From an uncultured Methanoregulaceae archaeon (lineage in GTDB: Archaea > Halobacteriota > Methanomicrobia > Methanomicrobiales > Methanospirillaceae), in NCBI GenBank assembly GCA_963701095.1, contig OY969564.1:2528001-2592000 (forward strand): DNA of 64,000 nt. Reading direction: 5' to 3'. The notes under the pieces are model-generated. The model saw only the letters and a list, made by a program, of their open reading frames with translations. It was not told the DNA's origin and did not search any database. The stretch's first letter is position 1. Each line of letters opens with the position of its first letter. The position numbers were made by a program, and so were the translations under genes. Below, piece by piece: positions 1 to 10,019 of the stretch.

Positions 1-1
1 T

Positions 2-1990
2 CAGGAAACGAATTTGCCAGATCCGGGGTTTATCGAGTTCCGGATACGGACAAAAGAGGACAACATCATATGGATCGGGCACATCTGCCACCCGATTTAC
101 AATGCTGACGGGAAATATCTGGGGCGAAGGGGGAGCAACCGGGACATCACGCAAAGGAAGATGGCGGAAGAGGCGTTGCATCAGGAAGAGGCAAAATACC
201 GCAGAATTTACGAGACTGCGTTCGAAGGGATATGGGGACTTGACGAGGGGTTCCATATACAATTTGTCAACCCGATGATGGCAAGATTGCTGGGTTATTC
301 AATCGAGGAAATCATCGGCCACCATGTATCGGAGTTTATTGTCCCTGAAGATAAGGGAGATGCCGAACAGCACTTTGAGCTCCGGAAAAAAGGGTTAAAG
401 GAACAGTTCGAACGCCGGTATAAACGCAAGGATGGTTCGATCATTACCCTTCTTGTTTCAGCTTCGCCTATCATTGGCGACGATCGGAAATTCAAAGGCT
501 CGTTCGCCATGTTTACGGATATTACCGATCGCAAACAAGCAGAGGAAGCTCTGCGCGAAAGTGAGACCCGGTTCCGTTTGCTTATCCAGAATGCATCTGA
601 CATGATCCGGATCCTCGGTCATGACAGGAAGATAGTGTATGAATCCCCGTCGTCGGAACCCATTCTTGGCTATCCAACCGGAACCTTAATCGGGAAAAAT
701 CCTTTGGAATATATTCATCCTGATGACCGGGAACGAGTAAAATCAGATTTCCAGAGGGTTATTGAACGGAAGAATTTAGGTATACCTACAGAATTCCGGA
801 TCAGGAAAGCAGATGGTACCTATATCTGGGTCGATTCCATCGGAGTGAACCTGTTTGGCGTTCCCGGAATAGATGGCATTGTAATCACAACAAGACCGAT
901 TGAAGAACGCAAGGAAATGGAGCGATCCCTGCAGGAGAGTGAGGAACGTTTCCGTGACATTTTCAACCTTTCACCAGTTGGGATCGCTCTCACAGATGAG
1001 GTCGGGAATATCCTCGAGATGAACGATGCCATGCTGGATACATTCGGGTATTCCCCGGGAGAGGTTCGGAGGATGAATACTCTCGAATTATATGCACTAC
1101 CTGATGAGAGGCGGAATGTAATTGAGATTGTACTCGCCAAAGGTCAGATTCTTGATTATGAGGTCCTTTTAAAGCGTGCTGACGGTAGTACCTTCCCGGG
1201 AATTCTTAATGCTACCCGAATATTACGTAAAGGGAAAATATTACTTCAGTCATCCATTATCGACATCTCTGATCGTAAAATGATGGAAGAGGAGATCCGT
1301 TCATTAAACAGGGCTCTCGAACAGAGAGTTCGACAGCGTACAAACGACCTCAATGCATCACTTGCAGAAAAGGAAATCCTGCTCCGCGAGATCCACCACC
1401 GGGTAAAGAACAATCTCCAGATCATTATTAGCATCCTCCGGCTTCAGAAACGTCAGATAACAGATCCCAGGACCTTGGAAATTCTTCTCGACTGTGAAAG
1501 CCGGGTGAGATCCATGGCATTAGTTCATGAGAAACTCTACCGTTCAGCTGATTTGGCACACATCGATATCGGGGACTACCTCAGGACCCTTACCAATTAC
1601 CTTTTCACCACATATTCGATCGATCAGAAACAGGTGACTTTTCATGTAGAAATTACGACCCTTGCACTTGATATTAACCGTGCAATACCGGTAGGTCTTA
1701 TCCTGAATGAGCTTGTTTCCAATTCGCTCAAACATGCATTTCCTGAGGGAAGAAATGGGAAGATTGAGATAACGGGAGGGCAGGAGGAAGAAAATATAGT
1801 GATATCCATCCAAGATAACGGCATCGGGATTCCGGTAGATTTTGACTGGAGACACACGCTCTCATTGGGGATGCATTTAATTATGACCCTTGTCGAACAG
1901 GTTAATGGAACAATTGAACTTACTGATAGAAATGAAGGAACACATTTTACCATCCGGATTCCCCGGGATTCCAGAATAGGGGGACGATGA
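2..1990 (+). CDS. Multi-PAS sensor histidine kinase (HisKA_2 type), 5'-truncated by the window edge
   Basis: Repeated PAS/PAC motifs (DITDRKQAEEALRESE), H-box LREIHHRVKNNLQII, N-box ILNELVSNSLKHAF, G-box DNGIG; frame is open from position 2. Confidence 0.93.
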   Translation, partial: QETNLPDPGFIEFRIRTKEDNIIWIGHICHPIYNADGKYLGRRGSNRDITQRKMAEEALHQEEAKYRRIYETAFEGIWGLDEGFHIQFVNPMMARLLGYSIEEIIGHHVSEFIVPEDKGDAEQHFELRKKGLKEQFERRYKRKDGSIITLLVSASPIIGDDRKFKGSFAMFTDITDRKQAEEALRESETRFRLLIQNASDMIRILGHDRKIVYESPSSEPILGYPTGTLIGKNPLEYIHPDDRERVKSDFQRVIERKNLGIPTEFRIRKADGTYIWVDSIGVNLFGVPGIDGIVITTRPIEERKEMERSLQESEERFRDIFNLSPVGIALTDEVGNILEMNDAMLDTFGYSPGEVRRMNTLELYALPDERRNVIEIVLAKGQILDYEVLLKRADGSTFPGILNATRILRKGKILLQSSIIDISDRKMMEEEIRSLNRALEQRVRQRTNDLNASLAEKEILLREIHHRVKNNLQIIISILRLQKRQITDPRTLEILLDCESRVRSMALVHEKLYRSADLAHIDIGDYLRTLTNYLFTTYSIDQKQVTFHVEITTLALDINRAIPVGLILNELVSNSLKHAFPEGRNGKIEITGGQEEENIVISIQDNGIGIPVDFDWRHTLSLGMHLIMTLVEQVNGTIELTDRNEGTHFTIRIPRDSRIGGR

Positions 1991-2937
1991 CGAAGGCACG
2001 GATACTTATCGTGGAAGATGAACTGATCGTTGCTGAAGATCTTCGCACTACTCTTGTTTCCCTTGGCTATGATGTCGTCGGAATTGCCGGATCTGGCGAG
2101 CGTGCCATTGAACTCGCCGAGGAAAAAGAACCTGAAATCATTCTCATGGATATTATGCTCAGCGGAAATCTGGATGGCATTGCAACAGCGGGCAGGATCC
2201 AGACAAAACATGCTATCCCGGTAATCTATGTTACTGCATATGCCGATGAAGCTTTGATTGCCCGGGCCAAAATGACAGAGCCCTTCGGTTATATCGTTAA
2301 ACCATTTAATGAACGGGAGATCCAGTCAAATATCGAGATTGCACTCTACCGGCACAAAATGGAACAGGAGATTAAAAAACGCGACGCGATCCTGCTTGCA
2401 ATCGGTTCAGGCATCGAATGGTTCCTCAGGGAGTTCGCCAGCTGCCATAGCATTCTCCCCAAAAAAAGTGATCGCACTTCCAATCTACCGGAGTATTATC
2501 CTATCCTCGAAAGCATCGGAAGTGCCATGAACCTTTACCGGATTGCCGTTTTCCACTATGAAACTCAAGATGAGAATGCCATAACGATGAAAGAGGAATG
2601 GACGTCCCAAGGCTATTCCTCACTGTTAGATACTCCCTTTATTGAAAAGATCAATCCAATCCGGTTTGGGCTTGGATCGCAGCTTCCAGAACTGAAACGC
2701 GGGAATGCAATTAAGCTCAATATTAATGATTTCGAATCAACTATCCGGGATACATTCGAGCGGTACTGTTTTGCAAGCATGGTGGTTTTTGAAGTTCAGG
2801 CAAACGAGATACCCTATGGCCTGATCTTCTTTGTGGATGCAGAGGATCGTACCTGGTCGTCAGAAGAACTTGAGGCCATGCGAATCGCAACAAACATCAT
2901 AGGAAGTGCCATTGGACTTTCTGCAAAACGTAACTAA
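1987..2937 (+). CDS. Response regulator (REC plus GAF-like C-terminal domain)
   Basis: ILIVEDE, LMDI, YVTAYAD and KPF receiver motifs; ATGA overlap with the kinase stop. Confidence 0.9.
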   Translation: MTKARILIVEDELIVAEDLRTTLVSLGYDVVGIAGSGERAIELAEEKEPEIILMDIMLSGNLDGIATAGRIQTKHAIPVIYVTAYADEALIARAKMTEPFGYIVKPFNEREIQSNIEIALYRHKMEQEIKKRDAILLAIGSGIEWFLREFASCHSILPKKSDRTSNLPEYYPILESIGSAMNLYRIAVFHYETQDENAITMKEEWTSQGYSSLLDTPFIEKINPIRFGLGSQLPELKRGNAIKLNINDFESTIRDTFERYCFASMVVFEVQANEIPYGLIFFVDAEDRTWSSEELEAMRIATNIIGSAIGLSAKRN

Positions 2938-2982
2938 AATACTATCTATAATATAATATACATAATAATTTAGAAGATAACC

Positions 2983-3387
2983 ATGGAAACGATTGTAATT
3001 GTTGATGATGACCCTGACATTGTTGAAGTCTTTTCGCAGATGCTATTAGTATTCGGATTTCATTCCTACTCCTTTACCAATCCAGTCGAGGCACTTGAAC
3101 ATATCCCTGGGGAAGAACCACTCCCTTCACTCATTTTGCTCGACCTGATGATGACCCCGATAACCGGGCTTCAGTTCTTGGAAGAACGAAGAAAAAATGA
3201 GATTCTGAAAGCGATCCCGGTCTTCATCATATCAGCATGGGATCTTCCTGATGATGATCGCAAACGATTTGGCTCAGAAATTGCCTCCGTGCTCAGAAAA
3301 CCCATCACTCCAAAAGATCTAGTTGAGAAAATTGGTACTGAATTGGATCGGAGAATCGGGAATAGATCCGAGTTAGACGCCCAATAA
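2983..3387 (+). CDS. Single-domain response regulator
   Basis: IVIVDDD, LLDLMM, ISA and KP receiver motifs. Confidence 0.9.
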   Translation: METIVIVDDDPDIVEVFSQMLLVFGFHSYSFTNPVEALEHIPGEEPLPSLILLDLMMTPITGLQFLEERRKNEILKAIPVFIISAWDLPDDDRKRFGSEIASVLRKPITPKDLVEKIGTELDRRIGNRSELDAQ

Positions 3388-3491
3388 CCGGTTCTGGGCT
3401 ATTACGTTTTTACATCGTTTCTTAGTGAGGAAGAAGTCCCGGTTCCTATCGAAAAAAGAGAGAAACAGACCTTTTCTTAAAGGTTCTGCAG

Positions 3492-4043
3492 TCATCCTGT
3501 GTCAACTACATTGTCGACAAACGTGGTAAGTTGTGACATCAGCATGGGATCGAGTCCCTTCTCAACAGCCAGAAATACTCCTGAAACATCCATAAGCCTG
3601 AGTTTGTTGGTTACAAAATGGATAAATTTCGAGATATTAGCTGATGAAAGATAGATCAACATTGTACTAACTGAGTCATACATAATGCAAACTTTCTTCC
3701 CGGACTGCTCCTTAAGCACTTCAGTAACCGCGATACCAAGATCTGTAAGGTTCGCCGGATTATTGATAAATCTCACAACCCCGTGTATATTCTCGGCGCT
3801 TCCGACAGAGTTGCGGGTTACAGCATCGATGAATGAAACGTGATCAAGGGGAATACCGTGCTGGGCATACATCTTGGTGAGCACGCTGTAAGGAAAATTT
3901 GTAGTAATGACAACCGTATGATACCCCAAGCCAGAAATTTCCTTGATAATATCAGTGTTGCGCTGACGGATCGTACCTGGTGTTGCCAGAATCAGGAAGA
4001 TCTTTTTCTGTTCGATTTCCTTAGGGTCAATATAGTCTGGCAT
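3492..4043 (-). CDS. Inactive RecA/KaiC-fold protein (DUF835/DUF7504-like)
   Basis: VVITTNFP, FIDAVT, PANLTDLGIAV and YDSVSTMLIY motifs; no Walker A; likely start MPDYID at 4043, just after the upstream stop. Confidence 0.65.
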   Translation of the reverse strand: MPDYIDPKEIEQKKIFLILATPGTIRQRNTDIIKEISGLGYHTVVITTNFPYSVLTKMYAQHGIPLDHVSFIDAVTRNSVGSAENIHGVVRFINNPANLTDLGIAVTEVLKEQSGKKVCIMYDSVSTMLIYLSSANISKFIHFVTNKLRLMDVSGVFLAVEKGLDPMLMSQLTTFVDNVVDTG

Positions 4044-4047
4044 CTCA

Positions 4048-5055
4048 TCATCCTTCGAGGAATTTCTTGTACGCTTCTGGGATAGATCGGTTCTTTCCGA
4101 CAATCGCCTTCTGGAACTCCTGAATATTTGCCTCAATCTGGGCGGCATTGCGGGCTTGACTTTCAAAAACTACGATAATTTCATCATGGTTAAGCAGTCC
4201 TTCTTTCATAAGCTGTGCTGATTCAAGGAGTGCATTACTGACGATACCAACCGGCTGCTTCAGCCGCATGGCCATCTCGGTCATATAAGCAATGAGCGCT
4301 TCCTCTGCCCTACGCTGCTCGGTGATGTCTCTTCCAATGGCGATTTCGTAATATATATCACCAGATCCAATCTGCCTGGTGTTCCATGATAGGATCCGCT
4401 GCTCCCCGTTTTTCGTATGAATAGTAGTCTCAAAATTCTCAAAATAATTGCATTTTGAAATGATCCGGGAAATCTTATGAGTTATATCTCGACGGTATTC
4501 AGCGTCCGGATACAGTTTTTTCCAGATGTCTCGACGGCCGACGACTTCGTGATGGGAATACCCGGTGATCATCTCTGCGGCTTTGTTCCAGATCTTGATT
4601 TTTCCTTTGGGATCGAGAACAGCAAGGAGGACATAGGCATTTTCTATGATACTCTCGCGGAATGCCATTGCCTCCCGCTCATTTGTTACATCTATACCGA
4701 CCGCAATACTCCTTGGAGGGCCACCGTCTAAGATCCTTTTGGTATTCCAGAGAATAATGCGAGACTCACCAGAACGCGTACGAATAGTTGTTTCGAGGTT
4801 TTCGAAAAAAATTTTTGTTTTAAGTATACCGTCAATTTTTTGAGTGACAATCTTGCGGTAACCATCATCCGGATAGAGTTTTTTCCATACCGAACTATGA
4901 CCGATTACTTCTTGCTGTATATACCCGGTGATGGTTTCTGCAGCATGATTCCACGATAAGACCTGGCCCTTCTCTCCAAGAACCGCTATTATGACAAGTG
5001 CGTTGTCAAGGATATCAGACTCGGAACAGAATTTTTGATCATTTGTCCTTTCCAT
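4048..5055 (-). CDS. Tandem PAS-domain protein with degenerate C-terminal DHp-like helix
   Basis: Two similar PAS/PAC repeats (WNHAAETITGY / WNKAAEMITGY); tail EMAMRLKQPV lacks His; no ATPase domain. Confidence 0.8.
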   Translation of the reverse strand: MERTNDQKFCSESDILDNALVIIAVLGEKGQVLSWNHAAETITGYIQQEVIGHSSVWKKLYPDDGYRKIVTQKIDGILKTKIFFENLETTIRTRSGESRIILWNTKRILDGGPPRSIAVGIDVTNEREAMAFRESIIENAYVLLAVLDPKGKIKIWNKAAEMITGYSHHEVVGRRDIWKKLYPDAEYRRDITHKISRIISKCNYFENFETTIHTKNGEQRILSWNTRQIGSGDIYYEIAIGRDITEQRRAEEALIAYMTEMAMRLKQPVGIVSNALLESAQLMKEGLLNHDEIIVVFESQARNAAQIEANIQEFQKAIVGKNRSIPEAYKKFLEG

Positions 5056-5279
5056 AAGAATATGCCCCCATCGGCGCCCAATTATTAATTTAAGTTAGAA
5101 TGCTTTCTTCACATATATGAAATAAACAGGTGTGAAGATCCGGTTTGAAAATGCATAAGAATCTCATCAAAAAATTGGCCGGCGCAGTTATGTAACAGGA
5201 GTCAATGAAAATAATTTCGTCGCAATCCATTAAAATCGACTGTTTAAGATCCCGACACCGTGACAGCACCATGTTACCT

Positions 5280-7724
5280 TCAGGTCTGAGGCGCAGAGGC
5301 CAACCGGAATGCCTCCTTCGGTACAACCATTTCGAACCGCGCTCCTCTGCCCTGCTCGCCTGTTTCCCTGATCATTATAGCAGTAATATCAAGAATTTCC
5401 CGGGCAAGGAAGAGGCCCATACCGGTATTTCTTCCAAATCCCTGATCAAAAATTTTTTCCTTTTCATCAACAGGGATACCTAGACCGTCATCTTCGCAGA
5501 AAATGACCCGATTTCCATCGCGGTCTCCAACGGAGAACCGGATGGTTGTGACCCTGCCGCCATGCCGCACTGCATTGTCTATCAGATTGTAAAAGACCTT
5601 GTAGATCAGCGGATCGGCAAACACTTCCTCTGCAGCAGGAAGATCGTTTTTCACGAGGGTATCGCCTAAGAGAATATGCTTTTTTGCAGAATCGACAAGG
5701 ATATGGCAATTTTGCCATGCTGGTTCTGTAATCCCTATCTTTTCGTATTCTTTGGAAAACTGGATCATTGTATTAATACGCTGAGCAGCAAGGGTAACCT
5801 TCTTGAAATATTCATAGGATGAGGGATCCGGCAGTTGATCTTTTAGGAGTGAACTATATGCATTCAAGGTTAAAAGCTGGTTATTGATATCATGCCTGGT
5901 TATACTTGAAAGAAGATTGAGTTTTTTGTTTGCTTTAGAGAGTGCATCGCCAGTCAGTTTCCGCTCGGTGATATCCTCAATTTGGGCAGCAAAATAAAGC
6001 AATGTTCCTTGTCGATCGAGAATGGTAGTGATACGGAGCAATCCCCAGAGGATGCTTCCATCTTTCCTGATGTACCGTTTTTCTGTGCTGTATACCGGAA
6101 TTTTTCCTTCCACAAGATTCTGGATATATTGTAGATCACCGGGAAGATGATTCGGATGCGTGATATCTTTAAAGGAAAGGTCCATAAGTTCTTTTTCCGA
6201 ATATCCGGTCATGGCTATCCAGGCAGGGTTAACTGAAAAATAGTGGTAATCGGGAGTGATGAGCACCATGCCAACAGGACTGTTATGGAATATCTTACGG
6301 TATCGTTCTTCGCTCAGCCGAAGTTCCTGCTGGCTCTTATTCAGTTCATTGTAATTCTGCCGGAGTTCTTCTTCAGTCGCTGTAAGTTGCTCATAAGAAG
6401 CGTTCATTTCTTCGTTCATCGATTTCAGTTTCGCTTCAATTTCCATGCGCTCCGTTGTATCTCTTCCGACAGACTGGTATTCGATAACATGGCCATCAGC
6501 ATCAAAGGTTGCCCGGTCACTCCATTGTTGCCATCGCACCTCCCCGGAGGGCATAATGATCCGGTGGTCTAGAATTCCCACAGGATTCTCCGGGGAGAGG
6601 GCAGAAAGATGATCCTTCATCAAACGCAGATCTTCCGGAGGGATAACTACCGTATGATGAGATCCAATACATAAATTCTTGTCCAGACCAAAATACCGGC
6701 AGTATGCATCATTGACAAAGGTGAGCCTTCCGTCGACGGTAAACCGGCAAATAAATTCTGTCTGGTCTTCAACGACATTCCGGTACCGTTCCTCGCTCAA
6801 CCGTAGTTCCAGCTGGCCTTTGCTCATTTCTTCGTAATTCTGCCGGAGTTCCTCTTCAACTGTGGTCAATTCTTCAAATGCAGCATTGAGTTCCTCATTC
6901 TTGCGAAGCAGTTCATCTTCTGCCCGTTTGCGGTCAGTGATTTCCCGGATCGACTCAATTGCACCGACAACCGTACCCTTGGTATCGTAGAGCTGGGACG
7001 CAATGAACCAGAACGAGGCCCCTTTCCCGTTATTGAAATGAGGGATAGTAACCTCCGAAATGAGATTGTTTTGGTCCCTGATTACATTCTGATATTTTCC
7101 TGTGGTCACCGGGTCATTCTGGAGGACTAGATCGATCAGAACAGGACGCCGCTCACGGTAAAAGGGAAGCGCATATTCAAAATTGCCTTTTCCAAGGATT
7201 TGAGCTGCCCTGATGCCGGTCATCTTCTCCATTGCACGGTTCCATGCTATCACAAACCCGTAAGTGTCAATAGCAAAGGTTGCATCCGGAAGAAAGTTGA
7301 TGATATCGGCCTCTCTGCGCTTAAGATCCCTGATACTGATAACGGCTCTTCTCTGCTGGATCGACTGGCGGACCTTGTGTGCAAGTTCGGCAAACTGCGC
7401 TCTTGGCTCGCCGCCTTTCTGGATATAAAAGTCAGCCCCTTCATTTAATGCCTGAATAACAATCTCTTCCCGCCCTTTTCCTGTAAAAAGAATAAACGGG
7501 ATGGTATTTCCCGAAGATCTTACCATCTTTAAAAATTCTATACCGTCCATCTTTGGCATCTGGTAATCGGAGATGATTGCATCATAGTCACTTGTACTGA
7601 GAAGAGTAAGTGCATCAGGGATCGTTGTGACAATGTCGACGTTGAATTGTCCATTACATTCAAGGTAAAGTTTAGCTATTTCGAGAAGAGCTGGTTCATC
7701 GTCCACATAAAGAATTGTAAACAA
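5280..7724 (-). CDS. Hybrid REC-PAS histidine kinase
   Basis: N-terminal receiver (ILYVDDE, SDYQMP), three PAS domains, H-box ITRHDINNQL, NLIDNAVRHG, DDGLG, GMGLF. Confidence 0.93.
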   Translation of the reverse strand: MFTILYVDDEPALLEIAKLYLECNGQFNVDIVTTIPDALTLLSTSDYDAIISDYQMPKMDGIEFLKMVRSSGNTIPFILFTGKGREEIVIQALNEGADFYIQKGGEPRAQFAELAHKVRQSIQQRRAVISIRDLKRREADIINFLPDATFAIDTYGFVIAWNRAMEKMTGIRAAQILGKGNFEYALPFYRERRPVLIDLVLQNDPVTTGKYQNVIRDQNNLISEVTIPHFNNGKGASFWFIASQLYDTKGTVVGAIESIREITDRKRAEDELLRKNEELNAAFEELTTVEEELRQNYEEMSKGQLELRLSEERYRNVVEDQTEFICRFTVDGRLTFVNDAYCRYFGLDKNLCIGSHHTVVIPPEDLRLMKDHLSALSPENPVGILDHRIIMPSGEVRWQQWSDRATFDADGHVIEYQSVGRDTTERMEIEAKLKSMNEEMNASYEQLTATEEELRQNYNELNKSQQELRLSEERYRKIFHNSPVGMVLITPDYHYFSVNPAWIAMTGYSEKELMDLSFKDITHPNHLPGDLQYIQNLVEGKIPVYSTEKRYIRKDGSILWGLLRITTILDRQGTLLYFAAQIEDITERKLTGDALSKANKKLNLLSSITRHDINNQLLTLNAYSSLLKDQLPDPSSYEYFKKVTLAAQRINTMIQFSKEYEKIGITEPAWQNCHILVDSAKKHILLGDTLVKNDLPAAEEVFADPLIYKVFYNLIDNAVRHGGRVTTIRFSVGDRDGNRVIFCEDDGLGIPVDEKEKIFDQGFGRNTGMGLFLAREILDITAIMIRETGEQGRGARFEMVVPKEAFRLASAPQT

Positions 7725-7903
7725 AATATGACATCCCAGATTGAACAGTAGAGGAATTTTCTTTCTGGAGTTATTATAGATTTTTTTAAATCGATGGCAT
7801 TATAAAATAGATTTATTCAGTTGTTTTTTTGCAAGTCGTTGGGGGAGAATAGTACCAAAATTGTTTGATGGTTTCGCATGCTCGCGAAATTTAAAATGGG
7901 AAA

Positions 7904-7961
7904 TGCGAGGGATGGGATTCGAACCCAAGAACTCCTGCGAGACTAGGCCCTGAACCTAGCG
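7904..7961 (-). pseudogene. 3' portion of the split host tRNA-Leu(CAG); contains the left att core
   Basis: Minus strand reads cgctaggttCAGggcctagtctcgcaggagttcttgggttcgaatcccatccctcgca (anticodon arm, variable arm, T arm, acceptor 3' strand); 5' half absent. Confidence 0.92.
7945..7961. repeat. Left att core (17 bp) aggccctgaacctagcg
   Basis: Exact direct repeat of 15671-15687; spans the anticodon loop. Confidence 0.9.
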
Positions 7962-8002
7962 GTAAACAAAGGCACTATATCTTATGATGCAGATTAAGGA
8001 TC

Positions 8003-9164
8003 ATGGAAGATGTTTTGACAAAATACAAGCGGCTCGATCCGGTCAATCATCGGTATTTCGTTGATTATCTACGGTACCTCCAGCTTCGTAACATCCGGGA
8101 AACGACGATCACAACGAAACTCTGGAAGATCTACGGATACCTGATCTGGTCAGACTTCCGGGATGCGAAGACAGCACAACCGCAGGATCTCGAAAACTTC
8201 TATCTTCAGCGGAGAAAGGAGCGATCACCCATCACGGCATTTGGCGATATCCAAGAGCTCGCCCTGTTCTTCCGTTGGTTACTCCCGGACCGTGAGCTTG
8301 TCAAGTTCAAACCGCAGAAGCCCCGGGTCGATGTGCCGCCGGAAAAGGTCTTACAATCTGATAATATACGGGGAATACTGGAATACTGCGAGTCCCAGCG
8401 GGATCGTGCCCTGGTTGCCGTGGCATGGGACAGCGCGGCCCGGATCTCCGAGCTTCTCGATATCAATATCGGGCACGTCAACTTTGACCGGTACGGTGCG
8501 GTGATCAGCGTGAGTGGTAAGACCGGGCGCCGGAATATCCGGCTCGTGAGCTCAGGTACCGGACCTTCAAGCCTGGATCAATATCCACCCTCTCAAAGGC
8601 AACCCGGACGCCCCGCTCTTTGTCACCTCCCGGAGGCGTGGGAACACGTCTCTATCCCGGCTCACCGTGCGCCGGGTGCAGAACATCTTTGCCCGGCTGG
8701 GAGATCTTGCAGGTTGTCAAAAGGACACCAATCCCCACGCATTCCGGCACGGGCGTCTTACAATCCGGGGCAAGCAGCTTACCGAGTCCGAGCTCCGGGA
8801 GTATGCCGGATGGTCCAAAGGATCGAGCATGGCCCAGGTCTATGTGCATCTGTCCAGCCGGGATATCGACAATAAGATTCTGGCGGTGGATGGGGTCAAG
8901 CCGGAAGAAGAACCGGAGGCGGACCCGATGGCAGCGCAGATATGCCCCCGGTGCAAGAAATCGAACGCCCCGGACGCAATGTACTGCGACAGATGCAGCA
9001 TGGCCCTTAATGATGAAGCACTGGATAAGATCACCGCTCTACAAAATATCAATGAGGATCCGGACGCTCATGCGGAGTACGCGGTATGGCTGAAGGCTCT
9101 GAAAGACAATCCCGCTGGCCATTACGAGCGCCGGCAAGGCATGCGGAGTACGCGGTATGGCTGA
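8003..9164 (+). CDS. Tyrosine integrase with C-terminal zinc ribbon; +1 frameshift at ~8555
   Basis: Catalytic motifs SAARISE, GKTG, HAFRH, GW and QVYVH; CPRC..CDRC; removing one G at 8555/8556 joins ORFs 8003 and 8667 (RLVSS-VPDLQAWINIHP). Confidence 0.92.
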
Positions 9165-9177
9165 AGGCTCTGAAAGA
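9069..9177. repeat. Perfect 38-bp direct repeat x2 separated by a unique 33-bp insert
   Basis: catgcggagtacgcggtatggctgaaggctctgaaaga at 9069-9106 and 9140-9177; insert caatcccgctggccattacgagcgccggcaagg at 9107-9139. Confidence 0.95.
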
Positions 9178-9200
9178 GAAGCGGGGTTGATGGGGGATAT

Positions 9201-9782
9201 TCATCGCTTTTTCCGGTAAAATCTCCCGGATTCGTCCAGCTCATATTCCTTTTTAAACTCACGCCGCTCTTCTTCAGTATTCGCTGTTTTATAGACCTCT
9301 TTTCCCTTCTCAAGAACTATAAGCCTCCACGGCCCCTCATATTCGAGATATTCTTCCTTGTTTCGTGGGTGGAGGTCCTCGTATTCTTTTAATAATTTAT
9401 GATTTTTCAACACCTTTCTAGCGTCAAAAATTCTCTTTTCCTGTTCCACCCATTCCCTTGAGAGCGCCTCGCAGGCCATCTTGTACCCTTCTTCATAACT
9501 ACGGAATTCAAAGCGGGTAGGAGCCCCTTCCGGGAGCCGATACGTGGCGAGATTAGTACCTTTCCGGGTTTTCTTTTCAACGAGCCTTTCCTCTACAAGC
9601 TCTTTGAGCAGCCGGAACAGGGTAGCCTCTGGAATATCCGGATGTTTCAGATCCTTGGCCTTGCATCCCGGGTGATCGCGGATGAACGAGAGGATCCGGG
9701 GTATGTAATTTCCAACCTCTCCCCGCCGTCCGTTTTGAAACTTTATATACCGGTTGACCCATTCCAAGTCGATAGTTTCCAT
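9201..9782 (-). CDS. Winged-helix DNA-binding protein (candidate element repressor)
   Basis: RILSFIRDHPGCKAKDL..IPEATLFRLLKELVEERLVEKK wHTH pattern; divergent from the replication operon. Confidence 0.75.
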   Translation of the reverse strand: METIDLEWVNRYIKFQNGRRGEVGNYIPRILSFIRDHPGCKAKDLKHPDIPEATLFRLLKELVEERLVEKKTRKGTNLATYRLPEGAPTRFEFRSYEEGYKMACEALSREWVEQEKRIFDARKVLKNHKLLKEYEDLHPRNKEEYLEYEGPWRLIVLEKGKEVYKTANTEEERREFKKEYELDESGRFYRKKR

Positions 9783-9872
9783 AATTCAACGTCCTTATTA
9801 CTATCACTATGATATTATTTATGAGAGTTAATAACATTATGCCTACATAGAGAAAACCGGAGGAAAGCCTCA

Positions 9873-10019
9873 ATGAGAATTTGTTTAAATCTTCAAAAAG
9901 GACTCGTCGAACGAATCGATAAACAGCGTGGCGACATCCCACGCTCTCGGATTGTCGAACGGGCTCTTATGGAAAAGTATAGTGAAACTCCGGAAAAGGC
10001 AGTCGGGAGTGGTGAGTGA
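9873..10019 (+). CDS. 48-aa ribbon-helix-helix (CopG-like) protein, missing from the ORF track
   Basis: MRICLNLQKGLVERIDKQRGDIPRSRIVERALMEKYSETPEKAVGSGE; GGAGG at 9859-9863; TGATG coupling to the next ORF. Confidence 0.8.
   Translation: MRICLNLQKGLVERIDKQRGDIPRSRIVERALMEKYSETPEKAVGSGE

Noticed and set aside
6290..6910. Repeated EELRQNY..ELRLSEERYR segments in the hybrid kinase
   Set aside because: Ordinary coiled-coil linkers preceding PAS domains
9069..9177. Canonical CRISPR array
   Set aside because: Only two repeats, the repeat is integrase coding sequence, and there is no leader or cas gene in the window; kept as a repeat and a hypothesis
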